Shown here piece after piece: positions 27,278-35,808 of a stretch of DNA of 64,000 bases. A program made the translations under genes and the position numbers. This stretch comes from Ilumatobacteraceae bacterium (lineage in GTDB: Bacteria > Actinomycetota > Acidimicrobiia > Acidimicrobiales > Ilumatobacteraceae), in contig JBMTOT010000001.1 of NCBI GenBank assembly GCA_049442935.1, positions 2,666 to 66,665 of the forward strand, given 5' to 3'. The notes beneath the pieces were generated by a model. That model was not told the origin of the DNA and made no database searches. It saw only the letters and a list, made by a program, of their open reading frames with translations. Each line of letters opens with the position of its first letter. Within the stretch, counting starts at the first letter, position 1.

Positions 27278-28189
27278 TCAGCGAAGTCCGACGGCTGCTC
27301 CGCTCCAGATCTTGCCGTAGTTGTCGATTCGCTCCGACGACGACGCTCCGAGCGTGAAGTCCGGAACGCAGACCTCGTCGAACCCGAGGTCGCGATAGCG
27401 GGCGAACACTTCGGCGATTTCACCGACACTTCCCACCACCGAACGGTCCGCTGGCACCTTCGACCGCAACATGTCGGCGGCGGCCGCGTCATCGACGACG
27501 AAGAACAGTGCCTGCACCGACTTCCTCATCGTTGCCGGGTCGCGACCTTCCTTTTCGCATGCCGCATTCAGTCGATCGATCACCGCGGCCGCGCCGTCGG
27601 GTGTTCCCCACGTGTTCCACTCGTGGGCGAACCGTGCTGTGAGACGCAGCATGCGCGGGCTGCCGGTTCCCACCAGCAGGGGCAGAGGCGACTGCACCGA
27701 CTTCGGCTCGCACGGAGCATCGGTGACCGTGAAATGGCGACCCTCCACGGTCGTGCGCTCGTTCGTGAGCATGCTCGCGATGATCTCGATCGCCTCTGCG
27801 AAACGATCGACGCGATCTTTCGGCGCCATCAGGTCGACACCGAAGGCTTTGTGCTCGTTCACCTGCCAACCAGCACCGATGCCGAGCACGAACCGCCCAC
27901 CGGAGATCTGGTCGATGGTGGCCGCCCGGTTGGCGAGGATCGCCGGGTGATTCATCGTGGTCGGCGCGACCAACGACCCGAGGCGCAGGCGCGATGTCAC
28001 GGCGGCGAGTGCCGACAGCACCGAGAAACACTCGTGGAAATCGCCCGGTGCCGTGGCGCCGTCAGCAGTGTTCGGCATGTAGTGGTCGGCGTACCAGAGG
28101 CCGTCCCAGCCCATGTCTTCGACGGCGTGAGCCACCTCGCGCACGTCCACCCACGACCGCTCGCTGTTCGGCCAGATCGAGAATCTCAT
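27278..28189 (-). CDS. Luciferase-like (LLM-class) F420/flavin-dependent oxidoreductase
   Basis: ATG at 28189. MRFSIWPN...GWDGLWYADHY...GRFVLGIGAGW is typical of LLM-class enzymes. Confidence 0.8.
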   Translation of the reverse strand: MRFSIWPNSERSWVDVREVAHAVEDMGWDGLWYADHYMPNTADGATAPGDFHECFSVLSALAAVTSRLRLGSLVAPTTMNHPAILANRAATIDQISGGRFVLGIGAGWQVNEHKAFGVDLMAPKDRVDRFAEAIEIIASMLTNERTTVEGRHFTVTDAPCEPKSVQSPLPLLVGTGSPRMLRLTARFAHEWNTWGTPDGAAAVIDRLNAACEKEGRDPATMRKSVQALFFVVDDAAAADMLRSKVPADRSVVGSVGEIAEVFARYRDLGFDEVCVPDFTLGASSSERIDNYGKIWSGAAVGLR

Positions 28190-28199
28190 CGCGCGGACC

Positions 28200-29519
28200 T
28201 CAGGCCGGTCCGCTGAACATGCCGCGGTACACCGGCGGCTTGCCCGGGGTCGACTCTCCCTCGTACCGGTTGATCTCGGCACGCGCGACGACGCCCCAGT
28301 GCACCTCATCGGGCCCGTCGGCCAGGCGAAGCGTGCGCTGGCTCGCGTACATGCGAGACAGCGGCGACCATTGCGACACGCCCGTGGCACCGTGCATCTG
28401 GATCGCCTCGTCGATGATCTGACACGTGCGGATGGGCACCATTGCCTTGATCGCACTCACCCACACGCGGGCTTCGGCATTGCCCAGCATGTCCATCGCC
28501 TTCGCGGCACGCAGCACCATGAGGCGGCACGCCTCGATCTCGATGCGGGCCTTTGCGATCACCTCTGGGTTCTTACCGAGGCGCACGATCGGGCGACCGA
28601 ACGCCTCGCGCGTGAGACCGCGGCGGATCATCAACTCGAGCGCGCGCTCGGCGGCGCCGATCGAGCGCATGCAGTGGTGGATGCGTCCCGGGCCGAGGCG
28701 CACCTGTGAAATCTCGAACCCTCGCCCTTCACCGAGGAGCATGTTCGACTTGGGCACGCGAACGTTGTTGAAACGAAGGTGCATGTGTCCGTGCGGTGCG
28801 TCGTCTTCGCCGAACACTTCCATCGGCCCGACGATCTGCACGCCGGGGGTGTCCATCGGCACGAGGATCTGCGAGTGCTTGCGGCTCGGAGGTCCGTCGG
28901 GGTTGGTCTGCACCATCACGATCATCACCTTGCAGCGCGGATCGCCTGCGCCCGAGATGTAGTACTTCTCGCCGCTGATCACCCACTCGTCACCGTCGAG
29001 ATAGGCGCGGCACGCGATGTTCTTTGCGTCCGACGAGGCAACATCCGGCTCGGTCATCGCGAATGCAGAACGGATCTCGCCGTTCAGGAGCGGCTTCAGC
29101 CACATCTCTTTCTGTTCGGGGGTGCCGACGCGCTCGAGCACCTCCATGTTGCCGGTGTCGGGCGCCGAACAATTCAGGCACTCCGATGCGAGCGGGTTCT
29201 TGCCGAGCTCGACGGCGATGTATGCATAGTCGAGGTTCGACAGACCCTCGCCAGTCTCGGCATTCGGAAGGAAGAAATTCCAGAGCCCCTGTGCCTTCGC
29301 CTTCGACTTCACGCTCTCGAGCAACTCCAACTGGCCGGGGGCGTAGTCCCAACGGTTCGGCCGGTTCACGCCGAGTTCGTAGAACTTTTCTGTCATCGGC
29401 TCGACTTCCTCGGCGATGAACTTCTTCACGGCCTCGAACAGGGGCCGCGCCTTCTCCGACATCGCAAGGTTGAGCCCCTCGTCGGTCTCGAGTCCCGAGT
29501 GCATTCCTGGCTTGGGCAT
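28200..29519 (-). CDS. Acyl-CoA dehydrogenase
   Basis: 439 aa. ACAD three-domain layout, with YISGAGD and the C-terminal helical domain including DGPDEVH. Confidence 0.85.
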   Translation of the reverse strand: MPKPGMHSGLETDEGLNLAMSEKARPLFEAVKKFIAEEVEPMTEKFYELGVNRPNRWDYAPGQLELLESVKSKAKAQGLWNFFLPNAETGEGLSNLDYAYIAVELGKNPLASECLNCSAPDTGNMEVLERVGTPEQKEMWLKPLLNGEIRSAFAMTEPDVASSDAKNIACRAYLDGDEWVISGEKYYISGAGDPRCKVMIVMVQTNPDGPPSRKHSQILVPMDTPGVQIVGPMEVFGEDDAPHGHMHLRFNNVRVPKSNMLLGEGRGFEISQVRLGPGRIHHCMRSIGAAERALELMIRRGLTREAFGRPIVRLGKNPEVIAKARIEIEACRLMVLRAAKAMDMLGNAEARVWVSAIKAMVPIRTCQIIDEAIQMHGATGVSQWSPLSRMYASQRTLRLADGPDEVHWGVVARAEINRYEGESTPGKPPVYRGMFSGPA

Positions 29520-29657
29520 GGTCGCTTCCTCCCGTCGGGCGACCTCCCCCGCAGAGGCCGCACGGCCGTCACCCTAGTTGGCGGTGTTCCCTCCGCACAG
29601 AGGCGAGGCGCTCCGCACGACGCGTCTACTCTCGGTGGACGCTTCCCGGGAGGACCC

Positions 29658-31553
29658 ATGCCCAACGTCGAACTTCACAAGCCAGCAACAGAGCACACGC
29701 GGCGAAAGAACTCCGCGGCCACCTCACCCGTCGACCCGGGCGATTTCGAGCGCGCCGGACGTGGCTTCGTTGCCGCGCACGAGACCGGCCGCATCGAACT
29801 CGACGGTCGAAAGATCGTGGATCTCGCTGCGTACTCGTTCCTGACGGGCGAGGCACCCTCCACGGTGCACCCGAGCCTCTGGCGCCACGCGCAGTTGAAC
29901 AATCACCACGGCCTGTTCGAGGTGCGGCCGGGCGTCTGGCAGGTTCGTGGCTACGACATCTCGAACATCACGTTCATCGCCGGCAACACCGGATGGATCG
30001 TGATCGACCCGTTGACGGTCGAGTCAACGGCTCGCACGGCGATGGAACTGGTCACCAAGCACCTCGGTGAGCGGCCGGTGCTGGCGGTGATCTACACGCA
30101 CTCCCACACCGACCACTTCGGCGGCGTGCTCGGTGTGACGTCACAGGAAGAAGTGGACGCCGGCAAGTGCATGATCATCGCGCCCGAGGGGTTCCTGCAC
30201 GAGACCGTCGGCGAGAACGTGATCGCCGGTCCGGCAATGGGCCGCCGCGCCGCGTACCAGTTCGGTCCCCTCCTGCCGCCAGCACCGACCGGTCATGTCG
30301 ACTGCGGACTCGGCGGGATCATCCCGTGGGGCGGCGGACCGGGGCTCATCGCGCCGACAATCGACATCACCGCCACCGGGCAGGAGATGACGATCGACGG
30401 CGTGCGTGTCGTGTTCCAGTTGACGCCCGAAACCGAGGCACCCGCGGAGATGAACTTCTTCTTCCCCGACCTCGGCGCATTGTGCATGGCGGAGAACTGC
30501 TCGCACACCATGCACAACCTGGTGCCCATTCGCGGTGCCCTGGTGCGCAACTCTCTCCGGTGGTCGAAGTACATCAACGAGGCTCTCGAGTTGTTCGGCG
30601 CCGACATGGAGATTCTGTTCACCTCGCACAACTGGCCCCGTTGGGGAGGTGACGACGCGCGCGAGTTCCTCCGCAATCAACGCGACCTCTACAAGTGGAT
30701 GCACGACCAGTCGATGCGCCTCGCGAACCGGGGCTACGTCCCCACGGAGATCGCAGAAGAACTCCGTCTTCCCGAGGAATTCCTGGCGAACGACCACACG
30801 CGCGGCTACTACGGCGACCTCGTTCACAACTCGAAGGCGGTCTACCAGCGCTATCTGTCGTGGTATGACGGCAACCCGTCGAATCTGCACAAGCACCCGC
30901 CCGTCGAGGCCGGAAAGCGCTACGTGGAGCTGGCCGGAGGCGCCGACGCATTGCTCGCACACGCACGACGCAAGTTCGACGACGGCGACTATCGCTGGGT
31001 CGCCGAGATCTGCAACCACATGGTGTTCGCCGACCCGACCAACACTGCCGCGCGCGAATTGCTCGCAGACACATACGAGCAGCTCGGCTATCAGGCCGAA
31101 TCGTCGACCTTCCGCAACGCCTACCTGATGGGAGCACAGGAACTGCGCGAAGGCCCTCCGCCTCCGGTGGCGCCACTGGTGCGCGGACGCGGCCTCCTGC
31201 GCGCCATGACGATCGAGCAGGTGTTCGACTCGATCTCGGTGCGCTTCAAGCAGGAAGATGCGGGCGGCTTGCGCACGGCGGTCAACTGGACGTTCACCGA
31301 CATCGCCGAGAAGTGGGTGCTCGGCGTCTCGAATCGCACCCTCTGGTACACGAAGGGCCGCCACGACGACGCCGCGGAACTCACCGTCACCATGACCCGC
31401 GCAACGTTCATCGCGATCGTCACGCAAGAGACGACGTTCGTCGATCAGATCGAGTCGGGGGCGATCACGCTCGAGGGTGACGCAGCGGCGCTGCTGTCGA
31501 TCTTCGGCAAACTCGACATGCCCGCGCCGGCCTTCCCGATCGTCGAACCCTGA
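29658..31553 (+). CDS. Alkyl/aryl-sulfatase, metallo-beta-lactamase fold (SdsA1/BDS1 type)
   Basis: ATG at 29658. MBL motif YTHSHTDHFGG, then the dimerisation and SCP2-like C-terminal parts. The upstream part of ORF 28779..31553 is antisense to the ACAD gene. Confidence 0.85.
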   Translation: MPNVELHKPATEHTRRKNSAATSPVDPGDFERAGRGFVAAHETGRIELDGRKIVDLAAYSFLTGEAPSTVHPSLWRHAQLNNHHGLFEVRPGVWQVRGYDISNITFIAGNTGWIVIDPLTVESTARTAMELVTKHLGERPVLAVIYTHSHTDHFGGVLGVTSQEEVDAGKCMIIAPEGFLHETVGENVIAGPAMGRRAAYQFGPLLPPAPTGHVDCGLGGIIPWGGGPGLIAPTIDITATGQEMTIDGVRVVFQLTPETEAPAEMNFFFPDLGALCMAENCSHTMHNLVPIRGALVRNSLRWSKYINEALELFGADMEILFTSHNWPRWGGDDAREFLRNQRDLYKWMHDQSMRLANRGYVPTEIAEELRLPEEFLANDHTRGYYGDLVHNSKAVYQRYLSWYDGNPSNLHKHPPVEAGKRYVELAGGADALLAHARRKFDDGDYRWVAEICNHMVFADPTNTAARELLADTYEQLGYQAESSTFRNAYLMGAQELREGPPPPVAPLVRGRGLLRAMTIEQVFDSISVRFKQEDAGGLRTAVNWTFTDIAEKWVLGVSNRTLWYTKGRHDDAAELTVTMTRATFIAIVTQETTFVDQIESGAITLEGDAAALLSIFGKLDMPAPAFPIVEP

Positions 31554-31568
31554 GCGCGCGGTGGAGAG

Positions 31569-32321
31569 TCACTTCGGGATGCGCACGCACTCGATCTGAC
31601 GAAACGCGCTGACGACGAGAACTGTGTTGAACCGGTAGTCGGTCGAGCATCCCCATGCGTTGACCTCGATGTTCTCGCTGCGCAGTCTCTCGCTCACACG
31701 GTTGAGCGGCCAGTTGCCGGAGACATCATTGGTTGTGAGCCGAGGTGACAACTGCGAGGGTTTCACGGTGCCGGTGTAGGTGCCGTCATCGGCAAGCTTC
31801 GACGTCTTGGCCTGCAGCGCCGTCACTGCGTCGGTGAGGGTGCCCACGCGCTCGACGGCGGCGGCAGCGTCGGCCTTCGCCTGTGCGACGTCGTCACCGA
31901 CCCCGTCGATCTTCGCGAGACCCTCGTTCACTCGCGCATCGAGTCCGTCGAACTCCGACACGACAGACGAGACTTTCTTTTCCAACGACTCGACCGTCTC
32001 CACCGACCCGGCCACCGTCGCCGCGAGCGACTCGACCTGTTCGCCGAGGTCGCGCACGATCGCAGTCAGTTCGTCGATGTCGTCGCCTCGACCAGGCTCG
32101 TCGGGGGTCACCGGCGGGACAGTGCCGTCTATTTCGTCGGGAGCGTCGCCGCCCGGCCCGTCGCCCGGAGGCAGAGTCGTCACGACCTCGGCACTCAGGC
32201 GCACGGTGTCTTGTTCGGCAGATCCGCTGGCCCACACGACACCGACAGCGACGACAGATGCAGCCACAGCAAATAGCGACACGCCAAAAAGTGATTCGGA
32301 CATTCGTTTCATGGCGCGCAC
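31569..32321 (-). CDS. Membrane-anchored coiled-coil protein of unknown function
   Basis: N-terminal TM segment SLFGVSLFAVAASVVAVGVVWA, a Pro/Asp-rich linker, about 110 aa of heptad-like V/L-E/D repeats, and an about 70-aa C-terminal domain with two Cys. Confidence 0.55.
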   Translation of the reverse strand: MRAMKRMSESLFGVSLFAVAASVVAVGVVWASGSAEQDTVRLSAEVVTTLPPGDGPGGDAPDEIDGTVPPVTPDEPGRGDDIDELTAIVRDLGEQVESLAATVAGSVETVESLEKKVSSVVSEFDGLDARVNEGLAKIDGVGDDVAQAKADAAAAVERVGTLTDAVTALQAKTSKLADDGTYTGTVKPSQLSPRLTTNDVSGNWPLNRVSERLRSENIEVNAWGCSTDYRFNTVLVVSAFRQIECVRIPK

Positions 32322-32391
32322 CCTATGAAGACGGTGATGCGTTCCGAGCGGGCTCCGAACGCAGTGTCCTCAACTACTACTGTCCCATGGC

Positions 32392-32408
32392 GGTTGCGAC
32401 TCGCAACC
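32392..32408. promoter_or_regulatory. 17-nt perfect palindrome upstream of the SDR gene
   Basis: GGTTGCGA-C-TCGCAACC, 30 nt upstream of the ATG at 32438. It shares the GTTGCG/CGCAAC half-site with the palindrome at 50104. Confidence 0.45.
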
Positions 32409-32437
32409 TGCCACACACGGAAAAGGCACGGGGCAAC

Positions 32438-33406
32438 ATGGGCGAGAGATTCGAGAACGGCTACAGCGGACTGACCGCGGTGGTGACGGGCGGCGGCACC
32501 GGAATGGGCCGCGAGCTCGTGCTGCAACTCACCGCCCAAGGATGCGACGTCGCGACATGTGACGTCATGCCCGAGACCCTCGCCGAGACCACAGCACTGT
32601 GCGCCGATCACCCGGGTGACGTTCTCACGGCAGTCGCCGACGTCTCGATCGAGTCGCAGGTGTCGGCGTTCCGCGACCAAGTGGCCGCGTGGCGGCCGCA
32701 TGTGCACGTCCTCTTCAACAATGCCGGCATCGGTGGCGGCGGGAGCATCGTCGAGAACTCGCGTGACGAGTGGGAGAAGACCTTCAACGTCTGCTGGGGC
32801 GGGGTGTACTTGAACGTGCGCGCGTTCCTCCCGCTGCTGATGAAGGCGCCCTTCGGCCACGTCGTCAACACGAGTTCGGTGAACGGCTTCTGGGCGTCGC
32901 TCGGACCCAACGTCGCCCACACCGCCTACAGCGCGGCGAAATTCGCCGTGAAGGGCTTCACCGAGGCACTGATCACCGATTTCCGATTGAATGCCCCGAC
33001 TCTCCGCGCATCGGTAGTGATGCCCGGCCACATCGGCACGTCGATCATGATCAATTCGCAGAAGATGCACGGCAACGACCCGAAGGAGATGTCGGCCGAG
33101 CAGCTCGGCAAGGTGCGCGAGCGCTTGACGAAGAACGGCATCGACACCTCGGGCGCAAGCGACGAGGACCTGCGCGTGCTCATGCAGGCAGGTGCGGAGG
33201 GGTTTCGCGACAACGCGCCGATGACGGCATCACAGGCGGCTGCCGTCATTCTCGATGCGGTGCGCCGCGGCGAGTGGCGCATCCTCGTCGGCGACGACGC
33301 AGCGATCCTCGACGAGATGGTGCGCGACAACCCCGCAGACGCCTACCTTCCGGAATTCACCCAGAGGGTCAACGCCCGCGGAGCCCTCGGCGGCCTCACC
33401 CGCTGA
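32438..33406 (+). CDS. Short-chain dehydrogenase/reductase
   Basis: TGGGTGMG, NNAG, YSAAK. An alternative ATG at 32387 lacks an SD and would bury the palindrome in coding sequence. Confidence 0.8.
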   Translation: MGERFENGYSGLTAVVTGGGTGMGRELVLQLTAQGCDVATCDVMPETLAETTALCADHPGDVLTAVADVSIESQVSAFRDQVAAWRPHVHVLFNNAGIGGGGSIVENSRDEWEKTFNVCWGGVYLNVRAFLPLLMKAPFGHVVNTSSVNGFWASLGPNVAHTAYSAAKFAVKGFTEALITDFRLNAPTLRASVVMPGHIGTSIMINSQKMHGNDPKEMSAEQLGKVRERLTKNGIDTSGASDEDLRVLMQAGAEGFRDNAPMTASQAAAVILDAVRRGEWRILVGDDAAILDEMVRDNPADAYLPEFTQRVNARGALGGLTR

Positions 33407-33414
33407 CGAGCGGG
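33399..33414. terminator. Small hairpin spanning two convergent stop codons
   Basis: CCCGCT-gacg-AGCGGG. 6-bp stem only. Confidence 0.3.
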
Positions 33415-33415
33415 A

Positions 33416-34354
33416 TCAGATCTCAGCGAACGCGTACGCGTGGATGACCTCGCCGGCATCGTCGGCGAGCGCATGTGCGACAAAGTCATCGGTTGCGACG
33501 TGCCACTCGGTGCCGAGGCCGGTGCCCTCGGCCTCGGTTGCTTCGGCTTCGGCCACGCGGCGGAGGAACTCCTCGACATCGGCGGCGGTCGCCTGACCTT
33601 CGAGCGCCGCGATCTCGGCGTCGGTCAACTCGAGGATTGCCGACGTCACGATCGACTCCCAGTTCGCACGCAGGTCATCGGGGTTCGCGAACGTCTCGAC
33701 ACCGGCGATGCGTCCGCCGAACGCGATCGCGACGCCGGTCTGCCCGTCGTCCGGCCCCTTGGCGATCACCTCGTCGAGAATGCGACCGGCCTCGACGTTG
33801 GTCTCGACCGCCTCGAACACCTCGTCGAAACGGTTCGTCGCCGACGACATGTGTCGCGCGCCGAGCTCACTGGCGACCGCGTCCCACACCGCCCCCTGGT
33901 CGGACTGCTTGTAGGCGCGCAGATCGGCTCCGAGCGAGCGGCCGTATTCGAGAGTCGACTTGACGCCACGCTCCTTTGCGATGCGAGCCTTTCGCGAGAG
34001 CTGGCGACCCGACTGACGGAAGACCTGGCCCCCCGACCAGCGACCGGCCTCGACGCACGACACCGGAATCACCATCGTCGCCCCGGCCGGAACGAGAATG
34101 GACACGTTCACCGTGCGGGTCTGACGGCCGCCCTCGAGCACGCGCCCGGCGGGAATGAGAAGCGGCACGCTGCCGGGGTTGTGCACCTGCAATTGCGGAA
34201 CGCTGGCCGAGGCGAGTTCCGACACCTGGAGGGTGTCGTCTGCGATGCGGACTCCGTCGGTGCGGCTCGTGCCGAACGTGATCGGGAAGATCTGGAGACC
34301 CTTGTAGTTGGCCGGCCCCCCAACTTTGGCCTTTGTGAGTGTGTCGATACCCAT
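33416..34354 (-). CDS. DUF6569 / ARPP-1-like protein of unknown function
   Basis: ATG at 34354 with CAGGAGAG upstream. The segment PLLIPAGRVLEGGRQTRTVNVSILVPAGATMVIPVSCVEAGRW matches the family hallmark as I recall it. The rest of ORF 33416..34756 is a spurious extension. Confidence 0.6.
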   Translation of the reverse strand: MGIDTLTKAKVGGPANYKGLQIFPITFGTSRTDGVRIADDTLQVSELASASVPQLQVHNPGSVPLLIPAGRVLEGGRQTRTVNVSILVPAGATMVIPVSCVEAGRWSGGQVFRQSGRQLSRKARIAKERGVKSTLEYGRSLGADLRAYKQSDQGAVWDAVASELGARHMSSATNRFDEVFEAVETNVEAGRILDEVIAKGPDDGQTGVAIAFGGRIAGVETFANPDDLRANWESIVTSAILELTDAEIAALEGQATAADVEEFLRRVAEAEATEAEGTGLGTEWHVATDDFVAHALADDAGEVIHAYAFAEI

Positions 34355-34416
34355 GGCATCTCTCCTGACTGCACCGTTTGGAGGGAGGTGCTGGCCCTGG
34401 GCGGCAATGTACGAAA

Positions 34417-34431
34417 ACCCTGTGTCAGGGT
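34417..34431. promoter_or_regulatory. Palindrome in an AT-rich patch of the divergent spacer
   Basis: ACCCTG-tgt-CAGGGT, inside the locally AT-rich stretch 34405-34455 (caatgtacgaaaaccctgtgtcagggtatttgtatcctttacctaaaacaacc). Confidence 0.35.
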
Positions 34432-34475
34432 ATTTGTATCCTTTACCTAAAACAACCCCGGCCGGAGGAGGACCC

Positions 34476-34934
34476 GTGAACCACGACCCAGACACACAGA
34501 TGACCGAGCGTGACGCGATGGAGACGGTCGCGGAACAGGTGCTGCGCGAGCAGCTCCCCCTCCACGAGGTCGACCAGTACATGGCGGCAGTGCGCGACTT
34601 CGTGGAGTTCAAGGTCTTCGTCCACCGGTTCGACCGCAACGAATTCAGGTCGATCACCATGTGGAGCACCGACATTGCAGAGGCGGCCGCGCAGTCGCTG
34701 AGTTCGTTCGAAGGTGACGGCTGGCTCGTGACCAACGTGATCCGGGTCTCCGGCAACCCCTACATGAAGGAAGAGACCGGCGGCGACTCGCGGACCATCG
34801 AGACCATGGAGATGACCTCCCTGCGAAAGTTGCTGTCTCCTCTCGGTCGTGCACTCTGGCCGGTGGTGCATGCATCGGCACGACACACGTCGCGGTTCTC
34901 GGACTGGCTCTACTCTGCGGCGTCTCGTCTGTGA
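34476..34934 (+). CDS. Hypothetical 152-aa protein
   Basis: In-frame GTG at 34476, preceded by GGAGGAGG. Its stop overlaps the next gene's GTG (GTGA). I recognise no family. Confidence 0.45.
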   Translation: MNHDPDTQMTERDAMETVAEQVLREQLPLHEVDQYMAAVRDFVEFKVFVHRFDRNEFRSITMWSTDIAEAAAQSLSSFEGDGWLVTNVIRVSGNPYMKEETGGDSRTIETMEMTSLRKLLSPLGRALWPVVHASARHTSRFSDWLYSAASRL

Positions 34935-35755
34935 CTGTTCCTGTCGTCGATGCACGGGCGTGCGAGACTTCGGCGGTGCTCGAGGTTCCGGCCCACCTGT
35001 CTCCTTCGTCGATCAACATGTTCCGATCGTGTCCGCAGAAGTACAAGCTCGCCTATGTCGACAAGATCAAGGAACCGCCGAAGTGGCACCTTCACCTCGG
35101 CTCATTCGTGCACGAGGTGCTCGAGCACCTCTATGCACTGCCGGCGACCGAGCGGAGCGTCGATTCACTCCGTTCCATCGCCAAGACCCGCTGGGAAGAG
35201 CACGGATGGATCGCAAAGGTCGAAACTCTCGATGAGAAGCCCGGTTCGCTCGGCGACTTCAAGCGCGAGGCGTTCGCCGCAATGACAAACCTCTGGGAGA
35301 TCGAAGATCCGTCGGAGACCCACCTTGAGGCGATGGAGCGGCAGGTGCGCGTCGCCGTCGATGGCGTGACAATGACCGGCATCATCGACCGTCTCGCAAG
35401 CGAGAACGGTCTCGCCGTGATCTCCGACTACAAGACTGGAAAGATTCCGAACCCGAGGTTCGAGAACGGATCCGACGAGAACAAGTTCTTCCAGTTGCTC
35501 GCCTATGCGCTCATGCTCGAGGCGCTCGAGGATCGCCGGACCTCACGTGTCGAGTTGCTCTACCTGAGCCAGAAGAAGCGCCACGCCCTCGAGGTCACCC
35601 CCGCCCACCTTGCGGTTGCGCGCGGCACCATCGTTGAGACACGCGAGGCCGTCGACTCGTCGGCGGCCACCGGCGAGTTTCATTGCAACGTGACCAAACT
35701 CTGCGACTGGTGCCACTACAAGACCACCGGCGACTGTCCGGCGTTTGCTCACTGA
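34931..35755 (+). CDS. PD-(D/E)XK nuclease with Cas4/AddB-like four-cysteine cluster (RecB-family exonuclease)
   Basis: N-terminal Cys (FRSCPQKYKLAYV), core GIIDRL...ISDYKTGK...QLLAYAL, and C-terminal CDWCHYKTTGDC. Confidence 0.75.
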   Translation: MTVPVVDARACETSAVLEVPAHLSPSSINMFRSCPQKYKLAYVDKIKEPPKWHLHLGSFVHEVLEHLYALPATERSVDSLRSIAKTRWEEHGWIAKVETLDEKPGSLGDFKREAFAAMTNLWEIEDPSETHLEAMERQVRVAVDGVTMTGIIDRLASENGLAVISDYKTGKIPNPRFENGSDENKFFQLLAYALMLEALEDRRTSRVELLYLSQKKRHALEVTPAHLAVARGTIVETREAVDSSAATGEFHCNVTKLCDWCHYKTTGDCPAFAH

Positions 35756-35808
35756 CCGGGTCGACACCTACGGCACAGGGCGGTCTGTCGCCGACATAAG
35801 GTGACGCC

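Noticed and set aside
28779-29657. N-terminal part of the 924-aa ORF 28779..31553
   Set aside because: It is antisense to the acyl-CoA dehydrogenase gene and resembles no protein family. The sulfatase homology starts at the ATG at 29658. A long stop-free antisense frame is expected in GC-rich DNA.
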